Shown in pieces: positions 26,992 through 39,760 of a DNA stretch of 64,000 nt. The stretch is from Octopus vulgaris (lineage: Eukaryota), in contig OX597817.1 of the NCBI GenBank assembly GCA_951406725.2, positions 109,430,001 through 109,494,000 of the forward strand. Reading direction: 5' to 3'. Numbering within the stretch: the stretch's first letter is position 1; every line of letters starts with the position of its first letter. The translations under genes and the position numbers were made by a program. The notes below the pieces were generated by a model. It did no database searches, was not told where the DNA came from, and worked only from the letters and a program-made list of their open reading frames with translations.

Positions 26992-27282
26992 TTTATTAGC
27001 AGCATTTAGGTGGTAATTGCTCATTGAATTACAAATTCACGTTCCTTTAAGAGAATTGCATTTCATCTTATAAGTCTATTTTACGTTCCCCATTATTGAT
27101 GTTCGAGCTTCATTCATTTTACATGTCTTTCCAGCATTCTCCTCGCATGCATATATACTACAGGAATATATGATACAATGATATAAAACCAATGTAAAAT
27201 ATGCTATCTTTAACATATCGTGTTCGCACTAGTATAAATAAATAAACAAATAAATATATACATTGCATACATACACATGCAT

Positions 27283-27625
27283 GGTGAAGGCATGGCTTAG
27301 TGGTTAGAGTGTCGGGCTCAATCATGGGGTAATGATTTCGATTCACGGACCGGGCCGTGTGTTGTGTTCTTGAGCAAGACACTTTATTTCACGTTACTGC
27401 AAATTACTCAGTCGTAAAAATGAGTTGCTACCTCACTAGTTCCAAGCTGTATCGGGCTCTGCCTTTCCCATGGATAACATCAGTCGCGTGGAGATGGAAA
27501 GTTGGTATGCCTGGGCGACTGCTGGCCTTCTATAAACCACCTTGGCGGGATCTGTAACCCGGAGGGTAACTTTCTAGGTGCAATCCAATGGTCATTCATG
27601 ACCACAGGGGGTTTTTACTCTTTAC
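27283..27625 (+). mobile_element. SINE family C
   Basis: TGGCTTAGTGGTTAG (A-box-like)...TTCGATTC...TGTTCTTGAGCAAGACACTTTATTTCACGTT. Confidence 0.8.
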
Positions 27626-27950
27626 CGTGTACACATACATACATACATACATACATACATACATACATACATACATAATTCATTTAAGATTGTACAAACC
27701 TAATTTCAAAGTTGGCGAGTGTATTTATGTGCGTGTTTGTACGTGCTATTACGTAAGCACGTGTATGTGTTTGCATGTATCGAATATGGTCGTTTACATA
27801 GAAGATTCTATTTTGCTAACTCTAGTTGTCTGGCTTAACTATTCCTCCAAAATGAGCATACAAAATTTAGGGCATTTCTAGACCTAATGTTAGTTCAACT
27901 CAATCATTGTATTTGATGTGTTATACATATTATATCATATTATACATATC

Positions 27951-28020
<70 letters not shown>

Positions 28021-28026
<6 letters not shown>

Positions 28027-28444
28027 TAAAAATGCAGTTAACGCAGGTTTAAACAAATATTTACTTTCTACATATGTTTCAAAAATTCCACTGATATTAA
28101 TAGCGTTCTGTCTATCGCTATACGAATCCATCATTTTTTGCTAAAATGTCGTATTGACAAGTTTCGTTTTTTCACTTTCCCGAAGAGAAGATTGCATTGT
28201 TTATACCTTTTATTCTTTTGAATAAGTATCAGTGGAATTTTTGAAACATATGTAGAAAGTAAAAATACTTGTTTAAACCTGCGTTAACTCCATTTTTTAT
28301 TCATATTATTCAAATATTCAACGTAAATACGAAGTTTCAACTTTTATAAACAAGGAGTTACAACATCTTTACTTGTGAGATTTTTGCTGCCCTGGTAACT
28401 ATTCATTCATTTATCCGTGTTAATTGTTAACAAGGTAAAATACA

Positions 28445-28448
<4 letters not shown>
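28021..28448 (+). mobile_element. Non-autonomous PLE pLTR-like insert with an inverted partial copy, embedded in (TA)n
   Basis: Inverted repeat of about 77 bp at 28021-28096 / 28227-28305. Contains the HHR at 28174-28260. (TA)n lies on both sides. Confidence 0.7.
28174..28260 (+). ncRNA. Type-I hammerhead ribozyme, U4C core, long stem II
   Basis: actttc|CCGAAGA|gaagattgcattg..atac..ttattc-tttt-gaataa-gtat-cagtggaattttt|GAAA|catatg|TA|gaaagt. Stem I is 6 bp and perfect, stem III is palindromic, and the cleavage triplet is GUA. Confidence 0.75.
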
Positions 28449-28491
<43 letters not shown>

Positions 28492-28809
28492 CAGCAGTAT
28501 ACCCCATCTAAAATGCAGTGAAATATTGATACATTTAAAATGGTTCAGATAGTAAGTAGATGCAAACGTGAAATACAGACATTTAAGTAAGAAGAAAAGA
28601 AAACGGCGAAAGCAATTGTTTACCCTTGTCAATATTTTATCTCTGCAATTTCTTACTAAAAATGTAGATTGAACGTAGCTGTCACTCGGTAACATACTTG
28701 GTTTAAATGAGATTTACATAGACTGGTTCAGTCAGATTTACTCATCTCCACCAGATTCTCATCATCATTATTGGTGATGGGTTTAATTTTTTTCTAATCA
28801 GAATAATCT

Positions 28810-29045
28810 CTTTAATTCTTTGATTTCTGATCACGTTGATAGCGAATTACAAAATTCGACAGATAATTATTTTTTTTTAAAGACAGGGCGTTCATTTTGA
28901 ATTTGTTCTTTAAAGCAGATGTGAAGCGCAGAACGGTGTCGCCGATGTAAAAGCAGCCGCAATATACATCAAGATATGTGATTTTGCAAGTTCCTGAATA
29001 CTTGTTCATGATGTTGATAGGTAATGAATGCATGGAAGTGTACAA
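28810..29045 (-). pseudogene. Decayed GIY-YIG fragment (PLE)
   Basis: ITYLDVYCGCFYIGDTVLRF resembles Y...C.CG..YIG.T.R. Confidence 0.45.
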
Positions 29046-29079
29046 ACCGATTTCCAGAGAGGCACTACCACCGACAAAT

Positions 29080-29261
29080 GCCAGAGGTGTGCCAGCGATG
29101 AGCCAGCGGTGAACCAGCGGTGAGCCAGCGGTGAGCCAGCGGTGAGCCAGCGGTGAGCCAGCGGTGAGCCAGCGGTGAGCCAGCGGTGAGCCAGCGGTGA
29201 GCCAGCGGTGAGCCAGCGGTGAGCCAGCGGTGAGCCAGCGGTGAGCCAGCGGTGAGCCAGC
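29080..29261. repeat. GC-rich 11-bp minisatellite (GCCAGCGGTGA), about 16.5 copies
   Basis: Directly visible. Three of the first four units carry substitutions and the rest are perfect. Confidence 0.95.
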
Positions 29262-29452
29262 TGGATATCCAGTCCATCCTTACAGATCTCGTATCAGTTT
29301 GTAACAGTAACCCAGTTTTTCACTAATGCGGTAACTTTACGAAGTATATTTATTGGCGTTGTTGCTGTTGACTTTGTTGAGTGTGTTTCTACTTTTTTTA
29401 GTATATTAAAAAGTGTGTTTGTATGGAAGTTGTAGGGGATGTGTGTGTGTTT

Positions 29453-29500
<48 letters not shown>

Positions 29501-29648
29501 GTGTTTGTGCGTGTGTGTGCATCATTAACAGTTCAAATATGCAAGAGGCATACTTGATCACGTAAGAAAGTGACCCACTGTATTTTCTTACGGAGAGAAT
29601 TTCTCGCTGTAAACACACCGTGTCAGTTTGCCGTGTTCCCTAACCAGA

Positions 29649-29696
29649 CTGGTGGATGTATGTATTTTGGAGAGGTTATATTCTCTTCAGCACCAG
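29649..29696 (-). ncRNA. Decayed hammerhead motif
   Basis: Minus strand reads ctggtg|CTGAAGA|gaatataacctctc|caaaa-tacataca|TC|caccag. Stem I is a perfect 6 bp and the core is intact, but the GAAA box is mutated. Confidence 0.45.
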
Positions 29697-30275
29697 AAAC
29701 GGAAAAGTCAAACGCTGCGAACTAACAAAATGACTAGCTCAACCAGTCACCGTAAATAAAATACGGAACGAAAGCGCTAAGCGGACATGTGTTTAAATAC
29801 AAACTTCTTACCAGTTCAAATATGCTTGGAGCATATATTTCGCTGTAGAGAGCTGAGTGTAAACACAGAGTAATATTACGAAGGCGTAATTTAATTTACT
29901 TCTACATGTGCTTCGCCGTAGCACGTCAACAAATATTTCATACACTATTTCTGTATATTCATAGACCAGGTGTTCAGTTCGTCTTCGTTTCAATCCACGT
30001 AAATAGCATTCTAAGACACAACAATTGATAAATATCAGTGTTGACCAGTCTTGACCTGATTCGAAGCGAGTTGTACTCCCTTGTAGGTGTTTTAACACCA
30101 TCGTTATTAGAGAGTTTCCCTAAGCGCTATCCGGCAGCAAATACAGCGAATAAGCAAAGCTCATACATTATGTGTGTACATCCGATAATGTTTACATTAC
30201 TATTCTTGCTTAAATTCGTAATTTAATATATACGAATGTGAGCGTGTGTGCATGTGCATGCATGTGTATCTATCA

Positions 30276-30306
<31 letters not shown>

Positions 30307-30404
30307 CGTGTGTGTGTGTCTGTGTGTCTGTGTGTCTGTGTGTCTGTGTGTCTGTGTGTGCGTGTGTAAGTATATATATATGTGTATATATATATATATA
30401 TGTG

Positions 30405-30439
<35 letters not shown>

Positions 30440-30477
30440 ATGTGTGTGTATGTGTGTGTGTAGTGTGTAAGTATATA

Positions 30478-30515
<38 letters not shown>

Positions 30516-30594
30516 TATATGTGTATATATGTATGTCTATATGCATTTATATATGTATGTATATGTATATATATATATATAAAATTATATACTT

Positions 30595-30658
<64 letters not shown>

Positions 30659-31167
30659 AAGATTTCTATTGTGTATATGTATTCCAAATCTAAATGGATG
30701 ACTACATTCCTACAGTTGCCATTAAAATACTCTGCGTCTCATCTAAAACGTATATAAATATATACAAATAGATAATAAAGTTTCCCAGAGAATTTTTTGT
30801 ATTTCCATCAGATATTGAAAGGAAGTAAAATTGGAAATGTTGCAGAGATTATTCGAAGAAAAAAAAAAATTACTTGCGAACATGATTTATTCATAGAGGC
30901 ATTATTTCAGTAATACAGAATGATATTACTGGAGATTTTTGAGGAATTAGTACTGATTTGAAATTATATAGATAGAATAGGGTTAATTACTTGGATTCCG
31001 GTTGGACTTTAAATTAATCTGGTCTGCCAAGCTGATACATATTCGGTTGTGAATAAAGCCAGGAAAGAATATACTTTAAGTAAACATTGGTCCATTAGAA
31101 TATCTCAGATTACTACCGGTTTATAGGCTGCAAATAATCGTACACAAATGTAGAATACACCAAAACT

Positions 31168-31199
<32 letters not shown>

Positions 31200-31853
31200 T
31201 GTATGTATGTATGTATGTATGTATGTATGTATGTATGTGTGTATGTATGTATGTATGTATGTATGTATGTATGTATGTATGTATGTATGTATGTATAGAT
31301 ACATACATATATATCTGTAAATACATATAGATATGTAGAGAATATGTGTGTTCAATTAGATGCACGAATGTTAATGTTGATTCAAGAGCTCCACGTAAAT
31401 TTCCATCATCCAGTCTGCTTCCGATACAGTGCTTAGGTTACCACTATACTTGGTTGTATTAGTGGTTTGGAAGTATAGGAGAAATTTTGATAAACACAAT
31501 TTTGTATCATTTGTTACTTACGTTGTAGTTGTTTGGAATGACAGCACTGGAGGTTACAGAAATCAAATGTATCATTTGAGACATTTGATCTCTGCAACAA
31601 AAGGCAGAAGATGTGTTCCTTTGATGATCCGTTGTGGTTAAGTATTCGATTGCACTTGGAACATATAATGCTGTGGCTCCAAACGGTCACAACTCACATA
31701 AGGGAAAAATGATGCAGACTGGTGTTTATCGTAATTTCTCCAGCATTTACGAGAACGCGCGCGCGCACGCACATACACATGCACACACACACATATATTA
31801 TGCGTGAATACATATATGTGTTTATACATACACATATATACACACACACACAT

Positions 31854-31920
<67 letters not shown>

Positions 31921-31941
31921 TAGAGATAGATAGATTGATAT

Positions 31942-32032
<91 letters not shown>

Positions 32033-32072
32033 TAAGGAAATGCATGTATATACACAAGTCGATACAATATAT

Positions 32073-32240
32073 GCGTAGAAGTGGCTGTGTGGTAAGTAGT
32101 TTGTTTACGAACCACATGGTTCCAGGTTCAGTCCCAATGCGTGGCACCTTGGGTAAGTGTCTTCTGCTATAGCTTCGGGCCGACCAAAGACTTGTGAATG
32201 GATTTGCTAGACGGAAACTGAAAGAAGCCCGTCGTATATG

Positions 32241-32308
<68 letters not shown>

Positions 32309-32533
32309 TGTGTCTCTGTGTGTGTGTTTGTGTGTCTCTGTTTGTCCCCCCTCAACATCACTTGACAACCTATGTTGTTTCGTCCCCGTAACGTAGCGGT
32401 TCGACAGAAGAGACCGATAAGATAAGTACTAGGCTTACAAAGAATAAGTCCTGGGGTTGATTTGCTCGACTAAAGGCGGTGCTCCAGCATGGCCACAGTC
32501 AAATGACTGTAACAAGTAAGAGATTAAAAGAGA
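32073..32533 (+). mobile_element. SINE family A, full length
   Basis: Head, core, internal (TA)n(TG)n and tail are all present. Confidence 0.9.
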
Positions 32534-33019
32534 ATACACACGCACATGAAAACACAAAAACTTATACATTCACCAAAAAAAAAACTGCATACATATATAC
32601 ATATACATACACGTTTGATTGTCCAGTTTAGAGAATTATCGCAATATCATTGAATCTGATTACAAGCTTCTTGGATAAATTTCTTGTATTATAGCTTCGG
32701 CTCGACCGTTACGTTGTTGATAAATATGACTGACTGAAACTATGCGGAAGCCCGTTGTATTTTTGCTTACATGAGTGTGAGTGTACGGGATTGCATTCGT
32801 CTCCTACCTCTTCACAATTCGTCTAGGTTCGTTTACGTCGCCGTAAGATAGACTTCGACTATCAAAACAAAGTGTCCGAATGAATAAATGGCCTCGAAGA
32901 TTTGAACAACAAAACTTGAAGGCATAGCCACAGTATCGACCACAATCCAATGACTGAAACAAGTAAAAGAATATTCAGACCTGGAATAGAAAGGGCAAAA
33001 CCATTGATGAGGACACACT

Positions 33020-33950
33020 TTAAGCGTTGTCCTGCAGGAGAAGGATGCCTTTGCTGATCTTGCCCCGCCTCTTGATTTTGATAACTTCTCTTAATTTCCT
33101 CAAAAGTGAAGCATAATAGGCTCCTGTAATTGTGGTACCCTTTGCCAGGAAATCTGTCATCACTACTCCGTCCTGGTCCCAGAAGACTGTGAGCATGACC
33201 TTGCCAGCGGAGGGCTGCACCCTTGCCTTCTTTGGAGGGGGTGAGTCACGGTGATTCCACTGCATTGACTGGGCTTTGGTCTCTGGATCATCGTGATGGA
33301 CCCAGGTTTTCACCCTATGTAATCAGTCTTTTGAAAAATTTTGACTCATCTTCTTGGCACATCTCCAAATTCATCCTCGAGCACTTGACGCGTTCTTGCT
33401 TCTGGAAAGGCATGAGCAACCTGGAAATCTATCTGGCAGACACCTTTTGCATATGCAAATGGTCATGAATGATAGTTTCCACAGACCCGGTACTAATCTT
33501 GACCTCATGGGCTATTTGGCGAATAATTATGCGTCGATCTTCCAAAATGGCAGCCTCAACTTGACGGACAGATGCCTCATCAATGGCAGAAGGGGGCGAC
33601 CAGATCTGGGAGCTGTTTCCACAGAGTTCCGACCATGTTTGAATTCACGATAACAGCGTTTTACAAGATCATATGATGGGGCATCATCACCATAAGTTAC
33701 TTTCATTTCATCAAAAGTCTCCCGTGGTGTGTGTCCTTTCAAATACAAAAACCGGATCACTGCTCGGCACTCAACAGGCTCCATTTCACACTTGACTCAG
33801 TTAAACACCTGTAAATCAGAAACCACAATTAGTTCAGAGCTGTAATTTGTCACTTACTCTATAGAGATATAAATAATTGCACATGCAAAATTTCAGCTAG
33901 ATCAAACAACTGAAAATGGGTCAGGGGCATTACTTATTGAACGTCCCTTG
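33020..33950 (-). mobile_element. Mariner (irritans-like) transposon, 3'-truncated and frameshifted
   Basis: MEPVECRAVIRFLYLKG..RSGRP, then TWVHHDDPETKAQSMQW..SAGKVMLTVFWD..ILLLQDNA. The 5' TIR TA-CAAGGGACGTTCAATAAGTAATGCCCCTGA runs from 33952 to about 33921. Confidence 0.92.
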
Positions 33951-34218
33951 TAAGGTCGTGAGTTCAATTCCCGGCGACGCATTGTGTCCTTGAACAAGGC
34001 ACTTTATTTCACGTTACTCCAGTTCACTCAGCTGGCAAAAAATGTTGTACCTGTATTTCAAAGGGCCGACCTTGTCACACTCTGTATCGCTGAATCTCCT
34101 CGAGAACTGCGTTAGGAGTTCACGTGTCTGTGGAATGCTCAGACGCTTGCACTTTAATTTCACGAGCAAGCTGTTTCATTCATCATATCCCCTGTCGTCG
34201 TAACCGACGGAGTGCACC
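33951..34218 (+). mobile_element. SINE family C interrupted in its tRNA head by the mariner
   Basis: Begins TAAGGTCGTGAGTTCAATTCC. The intact copy at 48626 reads GATCGTAAGGTCATGAGTTCAATT. Confidence 0.85.
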
Positions 34219-34312
34219 TATGTATGTATGCATGTATGTATGTATGTATGATTATATGTATGTATGTATGATTATATGTATGTATGTATGATTATATGTA
34301 TGTATGTGTGAT

Positions 34313-34344
<32 letters not shown>

Positions 34345-34977
34345 TGTATGTATATGTATGCATGTATGTATGTATGTATGTATGTATGTGTGTATTCATA
34401 TCACTGTATCGGCCAGACTATCAGATGTTGTTACACTCCGCTGGTAACCATCATGTACATTCTCGCATTGTTGTAGAATTCAAAAGGATTCCTCCGCGCT
34501 GGCTAGGTGGGCAGGCCAACATTAACCCTGAACTGCAAACCTATCCGTCTAAGAATTGCCCTTTTACAACTGAGTGAACTACAGCAACGTAAAAGTAATT
34601 ATTATACTCAAGACGACACACCACTTAGCTGAGAATCGAAATCACGGTCTTGTGATCGTTAGTTCAATATCATAATTCCCAGGCTTCACGCCTTTATATA
34701 CATGCATGTATAAATACGTTTATATATATGACTGTATAGGTACGGAAATATAAGTATATAGGGGCACATCGTACGGACGGTACTTAAATATATACACATA
34801 TATAAATATACACACTTAAATATACCTATTACATACATTCACAAACATGCAATTATTGCGGATATATATTGCATAACTGTGCATATATTATATATCCATA
34901 TATTTAGACACAGCTACCAAAATATGTAAGATATATTCTAACAAAGCAATATATATAAACCATATATATATATATAT

Positions 34978-35024
<47 letters not shown>

Positions 35025-35922
35025 AAACACATGCACACAACCACACGCACAATAAAACTGAATAATGATATACATGCATACATACATAATTATGTCAATA
35101 GGTAATACTTGCACTTGGCAATATATATATATATATTTATATACATACATACATACGTACAAATGCTAACAGAGACACACAGCGCAAACACAGAAACCCA
35201 CAAACACACACACGCACTCAAACAGACACAGAAGCACCCAAATACATGTACTTAACTATGCATACACTCAGACAAATGTACTCAGAATATCTGAAAGACC
35301 TACACACAAGGAAAATAATTAATAAAAAGCATAAAATAGAAGGCTAACACTTATTCACATAAACCAGCATATATATTCGCACACAGCAACACATATACAC
35401 AATCACATGCAAATTCAGTCACGTAAACATATATGGATAGGTTAATTGAATGGAACTTAGAAAATATGTTCTTTGTTTGAGACAAAATCTCCATATTATT
35501 AGTCTATCTCCGCCCAGATTTCTCTGGTTAATTTAGTTGTTTTATCACTGTTTAAACTATTCTCTCTCTCCTTCTTCCTCTCCCCCTCTCTCTCTCTCCC
35601 TCTTCCTCTTCCTCCCCCTCTATCTCTCTCTGTTCCATTCTCCTTCTTCTCTCTACCTATATTGATCTCTTCCGTCCGCATTATTCTCTGCATTATTCAA
35701 ACATACACACATAAACAAAATTTGCAGAAAACGTTTGTTTTGTTTCGTTTTGCTTATTACAGAATATAATATTGTGAATATATGATAGTATATAATATAA
35801 TATGATATATATACACACACACATATACACACACAAACACACACACACACACTCACATGTATATATATACATTTGTATGAATATATACGTATGTGTATGT
35901 GTGCATATATAGAAACATATAT

Positions 35923-36022
<100 letters not shown>

Positions 36023-36754
36023 GTGTGTGTGTCTATGTGTATTGTAAAAACAAGAGATACGAGTTTTAACAAATGTATTAGTTTATCGCTGAAAAGGAAG
36101 AGGAAGAGTCTTGACGGTTGAGAAGGAAAGTAACGGAGGCGAGTGAGTAAAAAAAAAGTGATTCAGAGAAAAAATAGTGTGGGGGTCAGGGGCCAGGTAT
36201 AAATGAGTTTGTGTAGATAAGGTTAATATGGGAGAATGGGTAGAGTGGGGTTGTGTATAGCGTACAGGCGTGTATCTGTGTATTGAGATGGGCATAGGAA
36301 GATTTGTGGTAGAGGGGGTGTATTTTGAGGCGAAGTATATGTTTGTAGATGTATTCAATGTGTGGAATTGTAGTGGCGAGGGTTAATGGTGGTGGCTGGT
36401 GTATAAATGAAATGATATTTTGTGCAAGGAAAGCGTGGATAAGAGGAGGCGGCAGCAGGTGGGAGTGTAAGATGAAAGGGAAAGCTAAGGAAATATGAAG
36501 GGTGTGGCATGTTTGTACAATAGTATGGGTGAGATATGTTGTTGGTAGAGAAATGAAAGCTAGAGAAGAAAAATATATTGATGGAAAATAACAATAGCTC
36601 GAAAAAGAAATTGCATTTGTGTTTCAAAAAGAGATGAAACGAAAATTAGTGGAGCATGTGTAGTGGAAAGAACAAAGTGATAGAGGTATCGTAATGTGAA
36701 GCGTAAAGCATATAAGTGGAAGAAAGAAAAATGTTCTATAAAAGTAAATAACAA

Positions 36755-37060
36755 CCCTTTCTATTATAGGCACAAGACCTGAAATTTTGTTGGAGGGGCT
36801 ATTCAATAACATCGATCCCAGTGCTTGACGGCTAGTTAATTCATCGACCCCGAAATGACGGAAAGTAAAGTCGGCTACGGAGAGATTTGAACTCAGAATG
36901 TAAACACGGACAAAATGTAGTTAAACATTTTGTCCGGTGTGCTAATGAATAAGAGGGTAGTCGATTATATCGACCCAAGTGTTGACCTGGTACTTACTTT
37001 ATTAATCCATAAAACATGAAAGGCAAAGTCAACCTCGGTGGAGTTTGTGGTCAGATCGTA
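36755..37060 (-). mobile_element. Two adjacent diverged SINE family B copies
   Basis: ATCGACCCCGAAATGA and GAAAGGCAAAGTCAACCTCGG motifs. Confidence 0.75.
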
Positions 37061-37174
37061 GAAGAAGAAGAAGAAGAAGAAGAAGAAGAAGAAGAAGAAG
37101 AAGAAGAAGAAGAAGAAGAAGAAGAAGAAGAAGAAGAAGAAGAAGAAGAAGAAGAAGAAGAAGAAGAAGAAGAA
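37060..37174. repeat. (GAA)n trinucleotide tract, about 38 units
   Basis: Directly visible. It is the source of the poly-R/F/L ORFs. Confidence 0.95.
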
Positions 37175-37537
37175 GGATGCTGATAATGATGCTGATAAGG
37201 TGGGGTGGAGGTGGAAGAGGAGGATTAAACGGAAACAAAAACACGAGAGGAGAGGTGAGAGTTCAGAGATAGAGAGAAGAACAAAACCCAATGAAGAAAA
37301 GTCATTTACGATAAAATACTGTCGACTGTGGATAAGCATATATATAGAGAGACGACTGATAACTATGTAATCGTTGCTTAAGTACTGGAAAGACAGGAGG
37401 TGATAAAAAGAAACGAAGTGAAGGTGTAAACATGTATAGCGATTTTAAAAGAAAGGGGAGGGAAGGTGCGAAATCATGGAGATAAACAGAACAAGAACAA
37501 AAAAGGAAGAAAATACTTTATGTTAAAACATGGATGA

Positions 37538-37633
<96 letters not shown>

Positions 37634-38208
37634 AAACGCACGGACATACACTCACATATGTGATGATGATATTTGTCACATCTTGTCACACGATAGCAGT
37701 CTCACATTCAGCTTGATCCTATTCACTTTCATCCCTGCTTGAGCGGAAATGTGTCTTTAGACATCTCCACGCATATATCGCCATAGTAACTTATAAAATA
37801 CAAACCGGTTCAAGAAATGAAATGATTGTATGACAGTTATATGTCATTGACTTTAACTGGTAAATGTAAAACATTTTGCCACTCCCTCGGTTGCCAAAGT
37901 AGGTTCCAGTGACAGACATTGCAATGTAACTGGTATTATCTTGAGTGAAGTTTTATGTCAGTGTATTATTCTTTGTGAAGAGCTGCCTTCCCATGGCTTC
38001 TGTACCACTGAGACACCCTTTCAACTCATAGATGGTTAGAATGGACTTGGGAGTAATGGTGATTAAGAAGGTGATCCCTCACTTCCCACAGCTCCATAGC
38101 TCCTGAACTGGAGCCCCACCACAGGGTGCAGCTTAATGTCCCACCCAGGAGATATATGTGTGTATCTGTGTGTGTATTTATGTGTGTGTTTGTATATATA
38201 TATTTATG

Positions 38209-38266
<58 letters not shown>

Positions 38267-38339
38267 TGTGTGTGCATTGCTGTATGCATGTATGTGTACT
38301 CGTATATAAATCCACACAGCCACGTTTATATATATAACA

Positions 38340-39760
38340 GTTAAAATGTCTAAGAAGTTTGCATTGCTGGTGCAATGACCTTGGAGATAAAAGCTGATAA
38401 AAGAAAGGAAGCAGGTGTGTAAGGACGCGTTGAATTGTAGGATGACGAAGGGGTAAAATAGAAGAAAAGGTTTCCAGAAAATAATTTTACTCGACAGGAG
38501 GGATTTGAAAGTGTCCATTAATGATAAAATGCCAAAAATTCAGTGGTGAATTTCAAGTGCAAATTATTCAGTGGAAAACCCCGCCCCAGAGAAATTGAGC
38601 GTGTGGCGTGGCAAGTCCTGAGGTGAAGACGAAAGACAGAAAGAAGAAAAATTAAAAGAAAGCTGTATAGAGCACAGCTGGAGAGAGGTGATAAGAGTAG
38701 AAAAGCAAAATAGTGCGTGCACAATGTGGGTTTGTGTGTTTGTGCGTCTGTGTATGGTGTTATCGAGTCTGTGTATGGTGTATGGTGTTATCGAGTCGGT
38801 GCTACGGAAGGTATTAAAGCAAGCAAAGCGTGAAAATATTAGCTATAGCTATCGTACATGGCAGTAGTGGCGAGATAAAAAGAAAACGTGTGCATGCAAG
38901 TGTATGTGCGTGTGCTGGTTGGTCCGCATTCTAGTGCTTGTATATGCTTATACTTAGAAGTGGAGTCTGAAGCTGAGTAGTTGAGGTAATGCAAGAGGTT
39001 GCAGCCATACGGAATGCTGAAAGGCACTGGTTGGAAATGTCAGCGGAGCGGATGTTTGCCGACTGACAGGTGATCTGTTACCAAATTTGACGTCTCTGAG
39101 TTGCTTCACAAACCTGTCAGCCAGCCAGCGGCTGGTTTTCTAGATGTCAATAAGATTTCAGAGGGGACATTGGAGCGCATATATTAAGTTATTAAAAGTG
39201 TAAGGAAAAGATTTCCTAATGAAGAAGTTGCAGTGCTTAGGATGATGGTCTTGGAAAGAAAAGTACAAATATGGCAGTGAGAATGGGAGCATGGACGTGA
39301 TCATGAAGGAGGACGGAATATACGGACGGAAATACTATAGATGAAGGCATGCTTGAATGAAGAAGCAGGTAGAACGGAGAAGAAGCAGGAGACGGCAGGG
39401 CCAGACTGGAGACGCCGAAAGAGGCAAAAGACGCTGCATTGTAGGGACAGGGTGTTAGCATGGCAGACAAGAGGGAAAGAGATGTAGAGGGTGGGAATCC
39501 GTATGAGAGGCAATCAACAGCACAGTCACGGGAGAAAGCTGAGTGGATAGGGGAGAATAACTAACCACGTCGAATGAAGAGGTTGGCTATATGTTGAACC
39601 TGCGTCTGGCAGTCATGGTTACAGCTACAGAGGCACCGGAAATGGAGAAACTGAGTGAATAAGGGATGGGAAGTCAACATAGGAGTGGGAGTCAGTATAT
39701 TTGCGGAGTGTGAGGATAGGGTAGTCGATGGAAATAGTGATGTTGAGCTCCCCAGGAAAT
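38340..39760 (-). mobile_element. Decayed Penelope-like (Neptune-type) element: RT C-terminus, linker, GIY-YIG and pLTR
   Basis: Minus strand in order: KYTDSHSYVDF, SQFLHFRCLCS..FIRRG, FRRLQSGP, FFIRKSF..NLIYALQC...KTSRWLADRFVKQLRDVK..PVSR. A stem-II-like hairpin cattgc-acca-gcaatg lies near 38362-38377. Confidence 0.8.

Noticed and set aside
27115-27150. Hammerhead-like relics here and at about 24818-24863 and 38348-38398
   Set aside because: The cores are too degenerate to call, although the context is compatible with decayed pLTR HHRs.
29065-29277. WLTAGSPLAHR repeat ORF or CRISPR-like array
   Set aside because: It is a contiguous 11-bp minisatellite with no spacers and no cas genes. The peptide repeat is simply three units read through.
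36060-36750. Purine/G-rich strand-asymmetric block with minus-strand ORFs
   Set aside because: The ORFs are low-complexity. It may be a decayed pLTR, but no diagnostic motif could be confirmed.
36965-37339. Poly-Arg (protamine-like), poly-Phe and poly-Leu ORFs
   Set aside because: All three are frames of one (GAA)n tract attached to a SINE remnant.
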